A stretch of DNA of 55,712 bases. It comes from an uncultured Oscillospiraceae bacterium (lineage in GTDB: Bacteria > Bacillota > Clostridia > UMGS1883). The stretch covers positions 1-55,712 of the forward strand of contig CAZICW010000001.1 in the NCBI GenBank assembly GCA_964537995.1. The letters are read 5' to 3'. Shown piece by piece: positions 34,597-44,996 of this stretch (the stretch's first letter is position 1; each line of letters begins with the position of its first letter). A program made the translations under genes and the position numbers. Below the pieces are notes generated by a model. The model made no database searches and had not been told where the DNA came from. It worked only from the letters and a program-made list of their open reading frames with translations.

Positions 34597-35616
34597 TTAA
34601 AACTGCTTCAGAAAACGCATATCGTTCTCAAAGAACAGCCGCAGGTCGTCGATGTTGTATCTTCTCATAACAATGCGTTCAAGCCCCAAGCCGAAAGCAA
34701 AGCCGCTGTAAATTTCGGGGTCGATTCCGCAGTTTGCCAAAACCTTGGGATGAACCATGCCGGAGCCGAGAATTTCAATCCAGCCCTCGCCCTTGCAAAC
34801 GCCGCAGCCCTTGCCGCCGCACACAAAGCAGGAAACGTCAACCTCCGCCGACGGCTCCGTAAACGGGAAATGGTGCGGGCGCAGACGGATTTTTGCGTCA
34901 TTGCCGTATAAAGCCTTAACGAACGCCTCAAGCGTACCCTTTAAATCCGCCATTGTTATGCCCTTATCGACAACAAGCCCCTCAATTTGGTGGAAAACCG
35001 GAGAATGCGTCGCGTCAACGGCATCGCTTCTGAAAACTCTTCCGGGGGAAATTATCCTTATCGGCGGCTTTGTACGCTCCATAACGCGTACCTGTACGGG
35101 GGAGGTTTGAGTGCGGAGCAGAATCTCATCGTTAATATAGAATGTATCCTGAGTGTCCCGCGCGGGGTGGTCGGCGGGAATATTCAGCGCCTCAAAATTG
35201 TAGTAATCCAGCTCCACATCGGGGCCTTCGGCGACCGTAAAACCCATGCCCGTGAAAATTGCCGTAACCTCGTCCAGCACCTGAGTGAGCGGGTGAAGTC
35301 TGCCCTCACGGCGGCGGCGGCCGGGAATTGTTACGTCAATAACCTCGTTTTTCAGCTTTTTCGCCTTTTCCTCGGCGGCAAGCTCCGCCTTTTTCTTTTC
35401 CGTTCCGTTCTCGATAAAGGTACGGATTTCGTTTGCGAGCTGACCGATTATCGGTCTTTCCTCCGAGCTGAGGGAGCCCATTGAGTGCAGCACTGCCGTA
35501 AGTTCGCCCTTCCTGCCGAGGAATCTGACCCTCGCCGCTTCAATCGCTTCGCCGCTGTCCGCCGCCGCAAGAGCTTCCTCGGCCGCGCGGCGGATTTTTT
35601 CAAGCTGTTCCTTCAT
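34597..35616 (-). CDS. pheS: Phenylalanine--tRNA ligase alpha subunit
   Basis: 339 aa. The class II motifs '[11 protein letters not shown]', '[18 protein letters not shown]' and '[11 protein letters not shown]' are present. Confidence 0.95.
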   Translation of the reverse strand: MKEQLEKIRRAAEEALAAADSGEAIEAARVRFLGRKGELTAVLHSMGSLSSEERPIIGQLANEIRTFIENGTEKKKAELAAEEKAKKLKNEVIDVTIPGRRRREGRLHPLTQVLDEVTAIFTGMGFTVAEGPDVELDYYNFEALNIPADHPARDTQDTFYINDEILLRTQTSPVQVRVMERTKPPIRIISPGRVFRSDAVDATHSPVFHQIEGLVVDKGITMADLKGTLEAFVKALYGNDAKIRLRPHHFPFTEPSAEVDVSCFVCGGKGCGVCKGEGWIEILGSGMVHPKVLANCGIDPEIYSGFAFGLGLERIVMRRYNIDDLRLFFENDMRFLKQF

Positions 35617-35655
35617 TTAATATCTTTCCTTTCCTTATTTATACGATATTTATTA

Positions 35656-35899
35656 AATAAAAAGCCCCCGACGCCGTAGCATCAGGGGCGGATTACTCCG
35701 CGGTACCACCCTAATTTATCACTCAATCGAAGCCTTTCGCGCTCCTTGGGGAAGCCCCTCGTCCTCCCCTACTCCGTTCAGGGAGGCCGCTCTGCGGTGA
35801 ACTTCGACAAAGCCCTGCGCACGGTGCTTCCAGCCGCCGGCACCGATTCTCTGGCGCGCTCATCCTTGTCTACTCTCCGCTTCACTGCGTTTCTATTTT
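35656..35899 (-). promoter_or_regulatory. T-box riboswitch leader (Phe specifier UUC) controlling pheST
   Basis: On the minus strand the T-box sequence AAATTAGGGTGGTACCGCG lies at 35717-35699. Stem I carries AGAGA and GNUGGA-like elements. A UUC codon followed by A sits in the specifier context GAAGUUCACC (35801-35799). The terminator GCCCCTGATGC...GCGTCGGGGGC plus TTTTT lies at 35690-35659. Confidence 0.85.
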
Positions 35900-35905
35900 T
35901 TATAT

Positions 35906-35934
35906 ATTTTACCACAAGCATTTTCTTTTTGCAA
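35906..35934 (-). promoter_or_regulatory. Sigma-A promoter of the pheST T-box leader
   Basis: On the minus strand: TTGCAA (35934-35929), 17-nt spacer, TAAAAT (35911-35906). Confidence 0.55.
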
Positions 35935-36028
35935 GAGTTTTTTTAAATTTTGCGAATTATTCTCTGTATTAACCGTCCGCATATACTAATTTACCAAAAT
36001 TTTGCCTAAAAATTTTATTCCGCGGCTA

Positions 36029-36057
36029 TTGACTAAGCAAACGGATAATTATATAAT
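36029..36057 (+). promoter_or_regulatory. Sigma-A promoter of the AraC-family gene
   Basis: TTGACT (36029-36034), 17-nt spacer, TATAAT (36052-36057). Confidence 0.6.
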
Positions 36058-36102
36058 TAAAATATACAATAAATGCAGTAAGATACAAAAAGGAGTGTGT
36101 TT

Positions 36103-36885
36103 ATGCAATACCCTGAGCTACCCGAGAATTCTCAGCCTCACGTAACATACATTGCTTATCATAAGCCTCGGGACAACAGCTGGGCCTTGGATCGCTGGCT
36201 TGACCACTGGGCTATAATACTTGTCCATGAAGGCTCGATAAGCTGCGAAATCGACAATGCTGTTTCCGTTATAAATTCGGGAGAAATTTTTCTTATGGCT
36301 CCCGGAATATGGCGTAAGGCTTGGGTCAATTCCGACAAATTCGTAATTTCCGCGCTCGACTTCCGTGCGGCGCATTCTCCGTCGCAGACGAAAACGGCCG
36401 TGTTTAAGCCCGCCAATCTCGACGACCTGACGGATATGCTGAAAAGAATGAACTATGTCTACGTTTCCCGTCCCGCCGGCTTCCAAATGGAACTGGACGG
36501 AATGCTGCTGCTGTTTTTGCATCGTCTTTTCTACCGCAGCGAAGTTAAATCCTCGCATCCCGCCGTGGAAAAAATGAAGAAGTACATCATCGAATACTAT
36601 ATGCACCCCATCACGGCAAAGGAGCTTTCGTCGCTCGTCAATCTTGATCCCGCCTACTGCGGCAAGCTGTTCAAGGCGGAGCAGAACTGTACAATTCCTC
36701 AGTACATAAACAAGGTTCGCGTTCAGGTTGCCTGCGAGCTGCTTGACCAGAGCGGCTACGCATTGGACGAAATTGCGTCCATGTGCGGCTTTTGCGACAA
36801 ATTTCACCTCGGCAAAAATTTCAAGGCTCTTATGGGAGTTTCCCCGAAGGTATACGCAAAAATGCGGGCAAGCGAAAAAAAGTAA
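36103..36885 (+). CDS. AraC-family transcriptional regulator (cupin-like sensor domain plus HTH_18)
   Basis: 260 aa counted from ATG 36103, with an AGGAG RBS 7 nt upstream. The C-terminal double HTH is 'ITAKELSSLVNLDPAYCGKLFK...ALDEIASMCGFCDKFHLGKNFKALMGVSPKVY'. Confidence 0.85.
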   Translation: MQYPELPENSQPHVTYIAYHKPRDNSWALDRWLDHWAIILVHEGSISCEIDNAVSVINSGEIFLMAPGIWRKAWVNSDKFVISALDFRAAHSPSQTKTAVFKPANLDDLTDMLKRMNYVYVSRPAGFQMELDGMLLLFLHRLFYRSEVKSSHPAVEKMKKYIIEYYMHPITAKELSSLVNLDPAYCGKLFKAEQNCTIPQYINKVRVQVACELLDQSGYALDEIASMCGFCDKFHLGKNFKALMGVSPKVYAKMRASEKK

Positions 36886-36902
36886 TTACACGGATAATGA
36901 TA

Positions 36903-36931
36903 AATTCCCCGCCGCAAAAGCAGCGGGGAAT
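36903..36931. terminator. Candidate hairpin terminator between the convergent AraC-family and purA genes
   Basis: ATTCCCCGC...GCGGGGAAT 9-bp stem. The U-tracts are poor on both strands. Confidence 0.4.
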
Positions 36932-36957
36932 ATTCATGCTTCCGAAATCGTTTGATT

Positions 36958-38311
<1,354 letters not shown>

Positions 38312-38331
38312 CAATTATTTTAAAAAAGGAC

Positions 38332-38360
38332 TTGCAATTTTATGCGCGGGGCTGTATAAT
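38332..38360 (+). promoter_or_regulatory. Sigma-A promoter for argCB
   Basis: TTGCAA (38332-38337), 17-nt spacer, TATAAT (38355-38360). Confidence 0.55.
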
Positions 38361-38409
38361 TATAAATCATCTGTAAATCATACGAACTTTATGAAAGGAG
38401 TGAAGCCGC

Positions 38410-39456
38410 ATGGCTTCTGTAAGAGTCGGCATTTTCGGTGCCACGGGCTACGCCGGAATCGAAGCTGTACGTCTGCTTTCCCGTCATGAGGGCTGCGAGC
38501 TGACAATGCTTGTTTCCCAAACCTTCAAGGGTCAGAAAATCAGCGACGTTTATCAAAGCCTGAGAGGAATTTGCGATTTGGTATGCGAGGAGCTTAACGT
38601 CGAAGAAGCTGCGCGCCGCTGCGACGTCGTGTTCACGGCTCTGCCGCACGGAGCCTCGAAGGAGGTTATTCCGTCGCTTTACGACGCCGGTCTCAGAATC
38701 ATAGACCTGAGCGGAGATTTCCGATACAATGACGCCAAGGTATACGAGGAATGGTACGGTCAGCCGCACAGCGCGCCGGAGCTTTTGAAGCAGTCGGTTT
38801 ACGGTCTGTGCGAGCTGCACAGAGAGGAAATTAAAAAAACAAGGCTTGTCGGCAATCCGGGCTGCTATACGACCTGTTCCATACTGGGGCTTGCGCCGCT
38901 CGTCAAGAACGGGCTTATAGACAATTCCTCGATTATAATCGACGCAAAAAGCGGCGTAAGCGGAGCCGGACGCGGTTTGGCGCTCGATTACCACTTCTGC
39001 GAATGTACGGAAAATATGAAAGCCTATAAGCTCGGCACCCATCGGCACACAAGCGAAATCGAGCAGGAGCTCGGACTGCTTGCCGGCGAGGAAATCAGGC
39101 TCTCGTTCAGTCCTCATCTTGTTCCCATGAAGCGCGGCATTTTCGCCACCTGCTACGCAAACCTCGAAAGCGGCGCTTCTCAGGATGAGCTTGTCGAACT
39201 GTACAGGGATTTTTACCGGGACGAATATTTTGTCCGCGTATACGACAGCGGCAAGCTGCCCGAAAGCAACCATGTCGCGGGGAGCAACTTCGTTGACATC
39301 GGTCTTGTCGTTGACAAAAGGCTTAACAGGGTTATTGTTGTCAGCGCAATCGACAATCTTGTCAAGGGCGCGGCGGGGCAGGCGGTTCAGAACATGAATC
39401 TTATGTTCGGTCTGGACGAAAGATGCGGTCTGCTTCAGGCGGGACTTTATCTGTAA
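38410..39456 (+). CDS. argC: N-acetyl-gamma-glutamyl-phosphate reductase
   Basis: 348 aa. 'VGIFGATGYAGIEAVRLL' is the NAD-binding segment and 'NPGCYTT' contains the active-site Cys. Confidence 0.95.
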   Translation: MASVRVGIFGATGYAGIEAVRLLSRHEGCELTMLVSQTFKGQKISDVYQSLRGICDLVCEELNVEEAARRCDVVFTALPHGASKEVIPSLYDAGLRIIDLSGDFRYNDAKVYEEWYGQPHSAPELLKQSVYGLCELHREEIKKTRLVGNPGCYTTCSILGLAPLVKNGLIDNSSIIIDAKSGVSGAGRGLALDYHFCECTENMKAYKLGTHRHTSEIEQELGLLAGEEIRLSFSPHLVPMKRGIFATCYANLESGASQDELVELYRDFYRDEYFVRVYDSGKLPESNHVAGSNFVDIGLVVDKRLNRVIVVSAIDNLVKGAAGQAVQNMNLMFGLDERCGLLQAGLYL

Positions 39457-39468
39457 AGGAGGATCTGC

Positions 39469-40332
39469 ATGGAAGAACTGATAAAAAAAGCGGGCATATT
39501 GATTGAAGCCCTTCCCTACATACAGCAGCTCAGCGGCAAAACCATAGTCATAAAATACGGCGGCAACGCCATGGTAAGCGACGAGCTTCGCCGTTCGGTC
39601 ATGGAGGACGTGACGCTGCTGAAATTTGTCGGCGCAAATCCGATTATCGTTCACGGCGGCGGGCCCGACATTACCGACGCACTGAAGGTATATAACATTG
39701 AAAGCCGTTTCATTAACGGGCTTCGCTATACCGACGAAGCCGCAATGCAGGTCGCGCAGATGGCGCTTGTCGGCAAAACAAACAAGGCCGTGGTTTCCAC
39801 GATAAACGCCATGGGCGGCAAAGCAATCGGGCTTTGCGGAATTGACGGCTCCATTATAAAATGCAAAAAGAAAACAGTCCTTGTAGACGGAGTTGAGCAG
39901 GACTTAGGCTATGTCGGCGAAGTGACGGACGTTGACACGCACGTTATCGAGCTTATAGGCGACGACCGTTACATTCCCGTAATTGCGCCGATAGGCACTG
40001 ACGACAACGCCGTGAGCTACAATATAAACGCCGACACCGCCGCTTCCGCGGTTGCGGCGGCTCTCGGAGCGGAAAAGCTTATTTTCCTCACCGATACGGA
40101 GGGAGTAAAGGACGAGCATGGCGATATAATTTACGAAATGACAAGGAAAAAGGCGCTTTCGCTGATTGACGGCGGCACTATAAGCGGAGGAATGATTCCC
40201 AAGGTTCTCGGCTGCCTTGACGCGATAAAGGCGGGAGTAAACCGCGTGCATATTATCGACGGGCGTATACCGCACTGTCTCTTGCTTGAAATATTTACCA
40301 ACACCGGTATAGGCACGATGATTACAAAGTGA
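39469..40332 (+). CDS. argB: Acetylglutamate kinase
   Basis: 287 aa. '[10 protein letters not shown]' and '[11 protein letters not shown]' are typical amino-acid-kinase-fold ArgB motifs. Confidence 0.95.
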   Translation: MEELIKKAGILIEALPYIQQLSGKTIVIKYGGNAMVSDELRRSVMEDVTLLKFVGANPIIVHGGGPDITDALKVYNIESRFINGLRYTDEAAMQVAQMALVGKTNKAVVSTINAMGGKAIGLCGIDGSIIKCKKKTVLVDGVEQDLGYVGEVTDVDTHVIELIGDDRYIPVIAPIGTDDNAVSYNINADTAASAVAAALGAEKLIFLTDTEGVKDEHGDIIYEMTRKKALSLIDGGTISGGMIPKVLGCLDAIKAGVNRVHIIDGRIPHCLLLEIFTNTGIGTMITK

Positions 40333-40347
40333 CGGGAGGCGAAGCTT

Positions 40348-40683
40348 ATGCTGTTCGGCAAAAAAAGAAAGGAGCTTCAGGCGGAGCAAGAGGCGCAAAA
40401 AGCAATCCTTGAACGCATACGGAACCGAAAGGTGCTTTATGTCGCAAGCCGCGACGAGGGCGGCGAAACCATACTTTGCCGCGAAGCCGTGATAAACATT
40501 ATCGACGAAAAGGAAATCGCAATCTATTCCGAAAACCGCGAGGTGCTGCGTATGGAGCTTTCAAAGGCAAAGCTCGGCGAGCTTATGAGTCTCGGCGGAG
40601 CAATAATAAGCGGCGAGGACGTGAACGGGCGGCAAATCAGTGTCGTCGCGTATTATACAAGCGACATACAGAGGGAAAGATAG
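40348..40683 (+). CDS. Hypothetical 111-aa protein
   Basis: A GGGAGG RBS precedes ATG 40348, 15 nt after the argB stop. I recognise no motif. The N-terminus is charged and the rest looks beta-rich. Confidence 0.5.
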   Translation: MLFGKKRKELQAEQEAQKAILERIRNRKVLYVASRDEGGETILCREAVINIIDEKEIAIYSENREVLRMELSKAKLGELMSLGGAIISGEDVNGRQISVVAYYTSDIQRER

Positions 40684-40714
40684 ACCTCCCTCCCCCCAAA
40701 AATCAATAAAAGTA

Positions 40715-40741
40715 ACATTTTCCCTCCCCAAAGCATAATAT
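40715..40741 (+). promoter_or_regulatory. Candidate mother-cell sigma (E/K-type) promoter for sigK
   Basis: AC (40715-40716), 17 nt, CATAATAT (40734-40741). This fits the AC-N16/17-CATAnnnT(A) pattern. No sigma-A hexamers are present. Confidence 0.3.
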
Positions 40742-40765
40742 GCTTCCATAGGGAGGTTTTTTATC

Positions 40766-41434
40766 ATGCTTTTGTCCGTACTGCTGGAGTGTCTCGGCTC
40801 ACTGTTCGTAACGGGACAGCTCCGCGATGCCTGCTTTCCGCAGCCGCTGAGCCGCGAGGAGGAAGAAAGGTACATCGCCCTTATGAGCGAGGGTGACCGC
40901 GCCGCGCGCAATATCCTTATTGAACACAATCTGAGACTTGTGGCGCATATAGTCAAAAAATACGCCGATTCGTCCAATGGCGACGACCTGATTTCCATAG
41001 GCACAATAGGGCTGATAAAAGGCGTAAATTCCTTTGACAGAGAAAAAAGTCCCAAGCTTTCGACCTATGTTTCAAGGTGTATTGAAAATGAAATTCTTAT
41101 GAGCTTGCGCAAGGAAAAGAAGTATCAATGCCAGGTATCTCTTCAGGAGCCTATAGGCTTTGACGCCGACGGCAACGAGGTCAGTCTCATTGACGTTTTG
41201 CAGGCTGAAAACGAGGAAATATGCGAGGAAATAGACAAGCGTAATATGATTAAACGAATAATGGGCAAGCTGAAAGCCCTTCTTTCCGACCGCGAGCGGG
41301 AGATTATCGCTCTGCGCTACGGTCTCGGCGGCGGCGACCCTCTTACACAGCGCGAGGTTGCGGGGAAGCTCGGCATAAGCCGTTCGTATGTGTCGCGCAT
41401 TGAGAAAAAGGCGCTTTGCCGGCTGCGGGAGTGA
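40766..41434 (+). CDS. sigK: RNA polymerase sporulation sigma factor SigK (pro-sigma-K, uninterrupted)
   Basis: 222 aa. 'FPQPLSREEEERYIALMSEGDRAARNILIEHNLRLVAHIVKKY' is nearly identical in pattern to B. subtilis SigK region 1.2/2. It is preceded by a hydrophobic ~20-aa pro-sequence. Region 4 reads 'GISRSYVSRIEKKAL'. Confidence 0.9.
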   Translation: MLLSVLLECLGSLFVTGQLRDACFPQPLSREEEERYIALMSEGDRAARNILIEHNLRLVAHIVKKYADSSNGDDLISIGTIGLIKGVNSFDREKSPKLSTYVSRCIENEILMSLRKEKKYQCQVSLQEPIGFDADGNEVSLIDVLQAENEEICEEIDKRNMIKRIMGKLKALLSDREREIIALRYGLGGGDPLTQREVAGKLGISRSYVSRIEKKALCRLRE

Positions 41435-41474
41435 AAAAGCGGGAAACGCCGGCAGCCTTCCGTATAAAATAAAG

Positions 41475-41522
41475 ACCGTCTAAGACGTACATTACGGGAA
41501 TGTCGTCTTGGGCGGTTTTTTT
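41475..41522 (+). terminator. Intrinsic terminator after sigK
   Basis: ACCGTCTAAGACG...CGTCTTGGGCGGT 13-bp stem with two G-U pairs, followed by TTTTTTT. Confidence 0.65.
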
Positions 41523-41562
41523 AAAAATCCTTCCGTTTTATGCCCGAACTTCAAATTTTTCC

Positions 41563-41591
41563 TTTACTTTTAGGATTTGATGTGCTATAAT
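41563..41591 (+). promoter_or_regulatory. Sigma-A promoter (extended -10) for the aminotransferase-trpS-tagO-wecB genes
   Basis: TTTACT (41563-41568), 17-nt spacer ending in TGC, TATAAT (41586-41591). Confidence 0.45.
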
Positions 41592-41627
41592 GAGGTTAAT
41601 ATTATTATAGTTGAGGACTGATTGACT

Positions 41628-42821
41628 ATGGAAAATACAATTTTTGCCGACCGCGCGGCAAAGCTGTCGGGCAGCGCGATACGGGCAACCTTTAAGCTTC
41701 TTGCCGACCCTTCGATAATTTCCTTTGCCGGAGGAGCGCCGTCGCCCGATATTTTCCCTTGCCGTGAGCTTGAGGAAATATCGGCGAGGATTTTCCGCGA
41801 CAACGGAAGCACGGCGTTGCAGTACGGAATAACCGAGGGATACGCGCCGCTGATTGACTTTGTGAAGGCGCGTCTTGTAAAGCAGGGCGTAATTACCGAA
41901 AACGACAGCGTCATAATAACCACGGGCGGACAGCAGGTAATCGACTTGGCTTCGCGCGCTCTTGTGAACGAAGGGGATTTGGTTGCGGTTGAACGTCCGA
42001 GCTTCGTCGGAGGACTGAACTGCTTCCGCAGCTACAACGCGCGTATGGCGGAAATTCCCGTTGAGGATGACGGCGTCAGCACCGACGCCCTTGAGGAGCT
42101 GCTTAATACCGAAAGGATTAAGCTGCTATACACAATCCCGACCTTCCAAAATCCCAGCGGCATAACAATGAGTCTCGCAAAGCGGAAACGGCTTTTGGAG
42201 CTTGCCGACAAATACGATTTCTATATTTTGGAGGATAATCCCTACGGCGAGCTGCGATACGCCGGCAGCGACGTTCCCACGATAAAAAGTATGGACGAAA
42301 GCGGCAGGGTTATTTACGCGGGCAGCTTCAGCAAAATTCTCTCGCCCGGACTCCGTATCGGTTTTTCAAGCGCAAGAGCCGATATTCTTGAAAAAATGGT
42401 TGTAATAAAGCAAATCACGGACGTTCACACTCCCGTTCTGACACAGATGATTGCGCATGAATTCGTATCGCGCTTCGACCTTGAGGCGCACATTCTTAAA
42501 AGCCGTGAGCTTTACGGGCATAAATGCGGCGTAATGCTTGCCGAAATGGACAAATGCTTCCCCGATTACTGCTCCTATACGCGTCCGCAGGGCGGAATCT
42601 TCCTTTGGTGCACTCTTCCCGACCGTTTCGATTCCAAGGAGCTGTTTAACATGGGCGTTGAAAACAAGGTTGCCTTTGTCCCCGGCGACAGCTGCATGGC
42701 AGATATGAACAAGAAATACTCCTCGTTCCGTCTGAATTTCTCAAATACGGCGGACGATAAAATTATAAGCGGAATCCGAACCCTTGCAAGGGTTATCGAA
42801 GAAGCGGATAAGTCATTTTAA
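41628..42821 (+). CDS. PLP-dependent aminotransferase (class I/II, 2-aminoadipate/aromatic aminotransferase-like)
   Basis: 397 aa counted from ATG 41628; the ORF-track start is TTG 41622. The PLP-lysine motif 'GSFSKILSPGLRIG' and 'PTFQNPSG' are present. Confidence 0.85.
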   Translation: MENTIFADRAAKLSGSAIRATFKLLADPSIISFAGGAPSPDIFPCRELEEISARIFRDNGSTALQYGITEGYAPLIDFVKARLVKQGVITENDSVIITTGGQQVIDLASRALVNEGDLVAVERPSFVGGLNCFRSYNARMAEIPVEDDGVSTDALEELLNTERIKLLYTIPTFQNPSGITMSLAKRKRLLELADKYDFYILEDNPYGELRYAGSDVPTIKSMDESGRVIYAGSFSKILSPGLRIGFSSARADILEKMVVIKQITDVHTPVLTQMIAHEFVSRFDLEAHILKSRELYGHKCGVMLAEMDKCFPDYCSYTRPQGGIFLWCTLPDRFDSKELFNMGVENKVAFVPGDSCMADMNKKYSSFRLNFSNTADDKIISGIRTLARVIEEADKSF

Positions 42822-42857
42822 TCCGCGAAGCACAGCAACAATAAAGGACTGATATAA

Positions 42858-43865
42858 ATGATAGGCGACAAAAAAGTTATATTTTCGGGCATACAGCCCT
42901 CAGGTGACAGCATAACCCTCGGAAATTACCTCGGCGCGCTGCGCAACTGGGTCAAGCTTCAGGATGAATACAACTGCGTTTACAGCATTGTGGATATGCA
43001 CGCCATAACCGTGCGGCAGGAGCCGGCAAAGCTGCGGGCAAACACGGTTTCACTGCTGGCGCAGTACATCGCGGCCGGGCTGGATCCCGAAAAAAGCATA
43101 ATGTTCATTCAAAGTCACGTTCCCGCTCACGCGGAGCTGACATGGATTCTCAACTGTTTTACCCAGATGGGCGAACTCAGCCGTATGACGCAGTTCAAGG
43201 ACAAAAGCCGCAAGCACGCCGACAACGTAAACGCCGGTCTGTTCGACTATCCCGTTTTAATGGCGTGCGACATTTTGCTTTATCAGGCGGACATGGTTCC
43301 CGTCGGTACGGATCAAAAGCAGCACATAGAGCTTTCGCGCGACATAGCGCAACGCTTTAACGGGCTTTACGGAAATGTTTTCACGATTCCCGAGCCGTAC
43401 ATCGCTCCTCAGAGTGACGGCTCAAAAATCAAGAGTCTTCAGGATCCGAAGGTCAAAATGAGCAAAAGCGACCCGAATCCCAACGGCTGCATTATGCTGC
43501 TCGACCCGCCGGAGGTTATAATAAAAAAGATTAAGCGCGCCGTAACCGATTCCGACGCCGAGGTTGTCTACCGCGAGGGCAAGGACGGAGTGAACAATCT
43601 GCTGACAATTTATTCCGCCGTAACCGGAAGCTCCATCGCCGAAGCGGAAAAGGAATTTTCGGGCTGCGGCTACGGGGCTTTCAAGGCTGCCGTCGGCGAA
43701 GCGGCCGCCGAGTATTTGCGTCCGATACAGGAGCGCTATAAGGAGCTTATGGACAACAAAGACTATCTTGAAGCCGTATACAAAAACGGAGCCGAACGCG
43801 CAAGCCGCATAGCGGAAAGGACGCTTGCGAAAGTCATGAAAAAAGTGGGCTTTGTGCCAAGATAA
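42858..43865 (+). CDS. trpS: Tryptophan--tRNA ligase
   Basis: 335 aa. A HIGH-region equivalent 'FSGIQPSGDSITLGNYLG' and 'KMSKSD' are present. Confidence 0.95.
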   Translation: MIGDKKVIFSGIQPSGDSITLGNYLGALRNWVKLQDEYNCVYSIVDMHAITVRQEPAKLRANTVSLLAQYIAAGLDPEKSIMFIQSHVPAHAELTWILNCFTQMGELSRMTQFKDKSRKHADNVNAGLFDYPVLMACDILLYQADMVPVGTDQKQHIELSRDIAQRFNGLYGNVFTIPEPYIAPQSDGSKIKSLQDPKVKMSKSDPNPNGCIMLLDPPEVIIKKIKRAVTDSDAEVVYREGKDGVNNLLTIYSAVTGSSIAEAEKEFSGCGYGAFKAAVGEAAAEYLRPIQERYKELMDNKDYLEAVYKNGAERASRIAERTLAKVMKKVGFVPR

Positions 43866-43877
43866 AGGAAGTGCGTC

Positions 43878-44978
43878 ATGAGAAACACAAGCATACTTTT
43901 CACCTTCATAATAGCCTTCGTCGTAACCTTCCTGCTGACGCCGTGGGTTAAAAAGCTGGCGTTCAAGGTCGGCGCGGTTGACGTTCCGAAGGACGAGCGG
44001 AGAATGCACAAAAAGCCGACGGCTCTACTCGGCGGTTTGGCGATATTCGCGGGCTTTGTCGCGGCGGCGCTTGTCTATGTGCCGATGACCAGGAGCTTTC
44101 TGGGCATTTTGGCGGGCGCGGTCATAATTGTCGTGCTTGGTTTTTTCGATGACATATACGCTCTCGGCCCGAAGCTGAAGCTGCTTGTTCAGATAATCGC
44201 GGCGCTCATTCCCGTACTCTGCGGCGTGAGAATCGACATAATAAAGGTTCCCGAATTTATAGACGCCTACGGCTACCTCGATTTGGGATATTTTTCAATT
44301 CCGCTGACCATACTTTGGATTGCGGGAGTTACAAACGCGATGAACCTGCTTGACGGTCTTGACGGACTGGCGTGCGGCGTTTCATCAATATCATCGCTGA
44401 CAATTCTCTGCATAGCTCTGCTTGTGGGCGAACCGAGCATTGCCTTTGCGACGGCGGCTCTTGCGGGGGCGTGTTTCGGCTTTTTGCCTTACAATTTCAA
44501 TCCCGCAAAGCTGTTTATGGGCGATACGGGCGCGCTTTTCCTCGGATATATGCTTGCGACGCTCTCGGTTACGGGGCTGTTCAAGGGCTATGCCGTAATA
44601 AGCATCGCCGTGCCGTTCCTCATTCTCGGACTTCCGATATTCGACACGGTTTCCGCAATGCTGCGCCGCGCCAAAAATCACCGCCCGATAATGAGTCCCG
44701 ACCGCGCGCATCTTCATCACAGACTTGTAGACGCGGGATTGAGTCAAAAGCAGGCGGTTATCGTGATTTATGCAATGTGCGCGCTGCTCTGCCTGACGGC
44801 GGTGCTGCTGATATGGACGGGAGCGGTAAGTCCGTTTGCGCTTTTGATTGTGCTTGCGGCGTTTGTGCTGTTCCTAACCTTTGTTCCGAGCTTTTCCCGT
44901 CTGTTTCAGGGCGATGACGCTGACGCGGACGAAGACGAAAAAGAGCAAAAAAAATCGAAAGGAGGCGGCGCAAGGTAA
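43878..44978 (+). CDS. tagO: Undecaprenyl-phosphate GlcNAc-1-phosphate transferase (TagO/WecA, MraY family)
   Basis: 366 aa and polytopic. 'NAMNLLDGLDGLA' and 'MGDTGALFLGYML' are MraY/WecA signature motifs. Confidence 0.85.
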   Translation: MRNTSILFTFIIAFVVTFLLTPWVKKLAFKVGAVDVPKDERRMHKKPTALLGGLAIFAGFVAAALVYVPMTRSFLGILAGAVIIVVLGFFDDIYALGPKLKLLVQIIAALIPVLCGVRIDIIKVPEFIDAYGYLDLGYFSIPLTILWIAGVTNAMNLLDGLDGLACGVSSISSLTILCIALLVGEPSIAFATAALAGACFGFLPYNFNPAKLFMGDTGALFLGYMLATLSVTGLFKGYAVISIAVPFLILGLPIFDTVSAMLRRAKNHRPIMSPDRAHLHHRLVDAGLSQKQAVIVIYAMCALLCLTAVLLIWTGAVSPFALLIVLAAFVLFLTFVPSFSRLFQGDDADADEDEKEQKKSKGGGAR

Positions 44979-44996
44979 GCTTTGCGCATCAAGTCC

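Noticed and set aside
36103-36885. AraC-family regulator as the dedicated regulator of the nine-gene operon
   Set aside because: It lies 4 kb away, separated by the essential pheST operon and two terminators. It has its own promoter and terminator. No sequence evidence links them, so this is only a testable possibility.
38389-39654. 421-aa minus-strand ORF
   Set aside because: It is antisense to argC and the start of argB, both of which have canonical motifs.
40766-41434. Possible skin-element-type interruption of sigK
   Set aside because: Regions 1.2 to 4.2 are contiguous in a single 222-aa ORF, and no recombinase gene is nearby.
42822-42857. T-box or other leader upstream of trpS
   Set aside because: The 36-nt spacer contains only an RBS. 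trpS appears to be co-transcribed with the aminotransferase gene.
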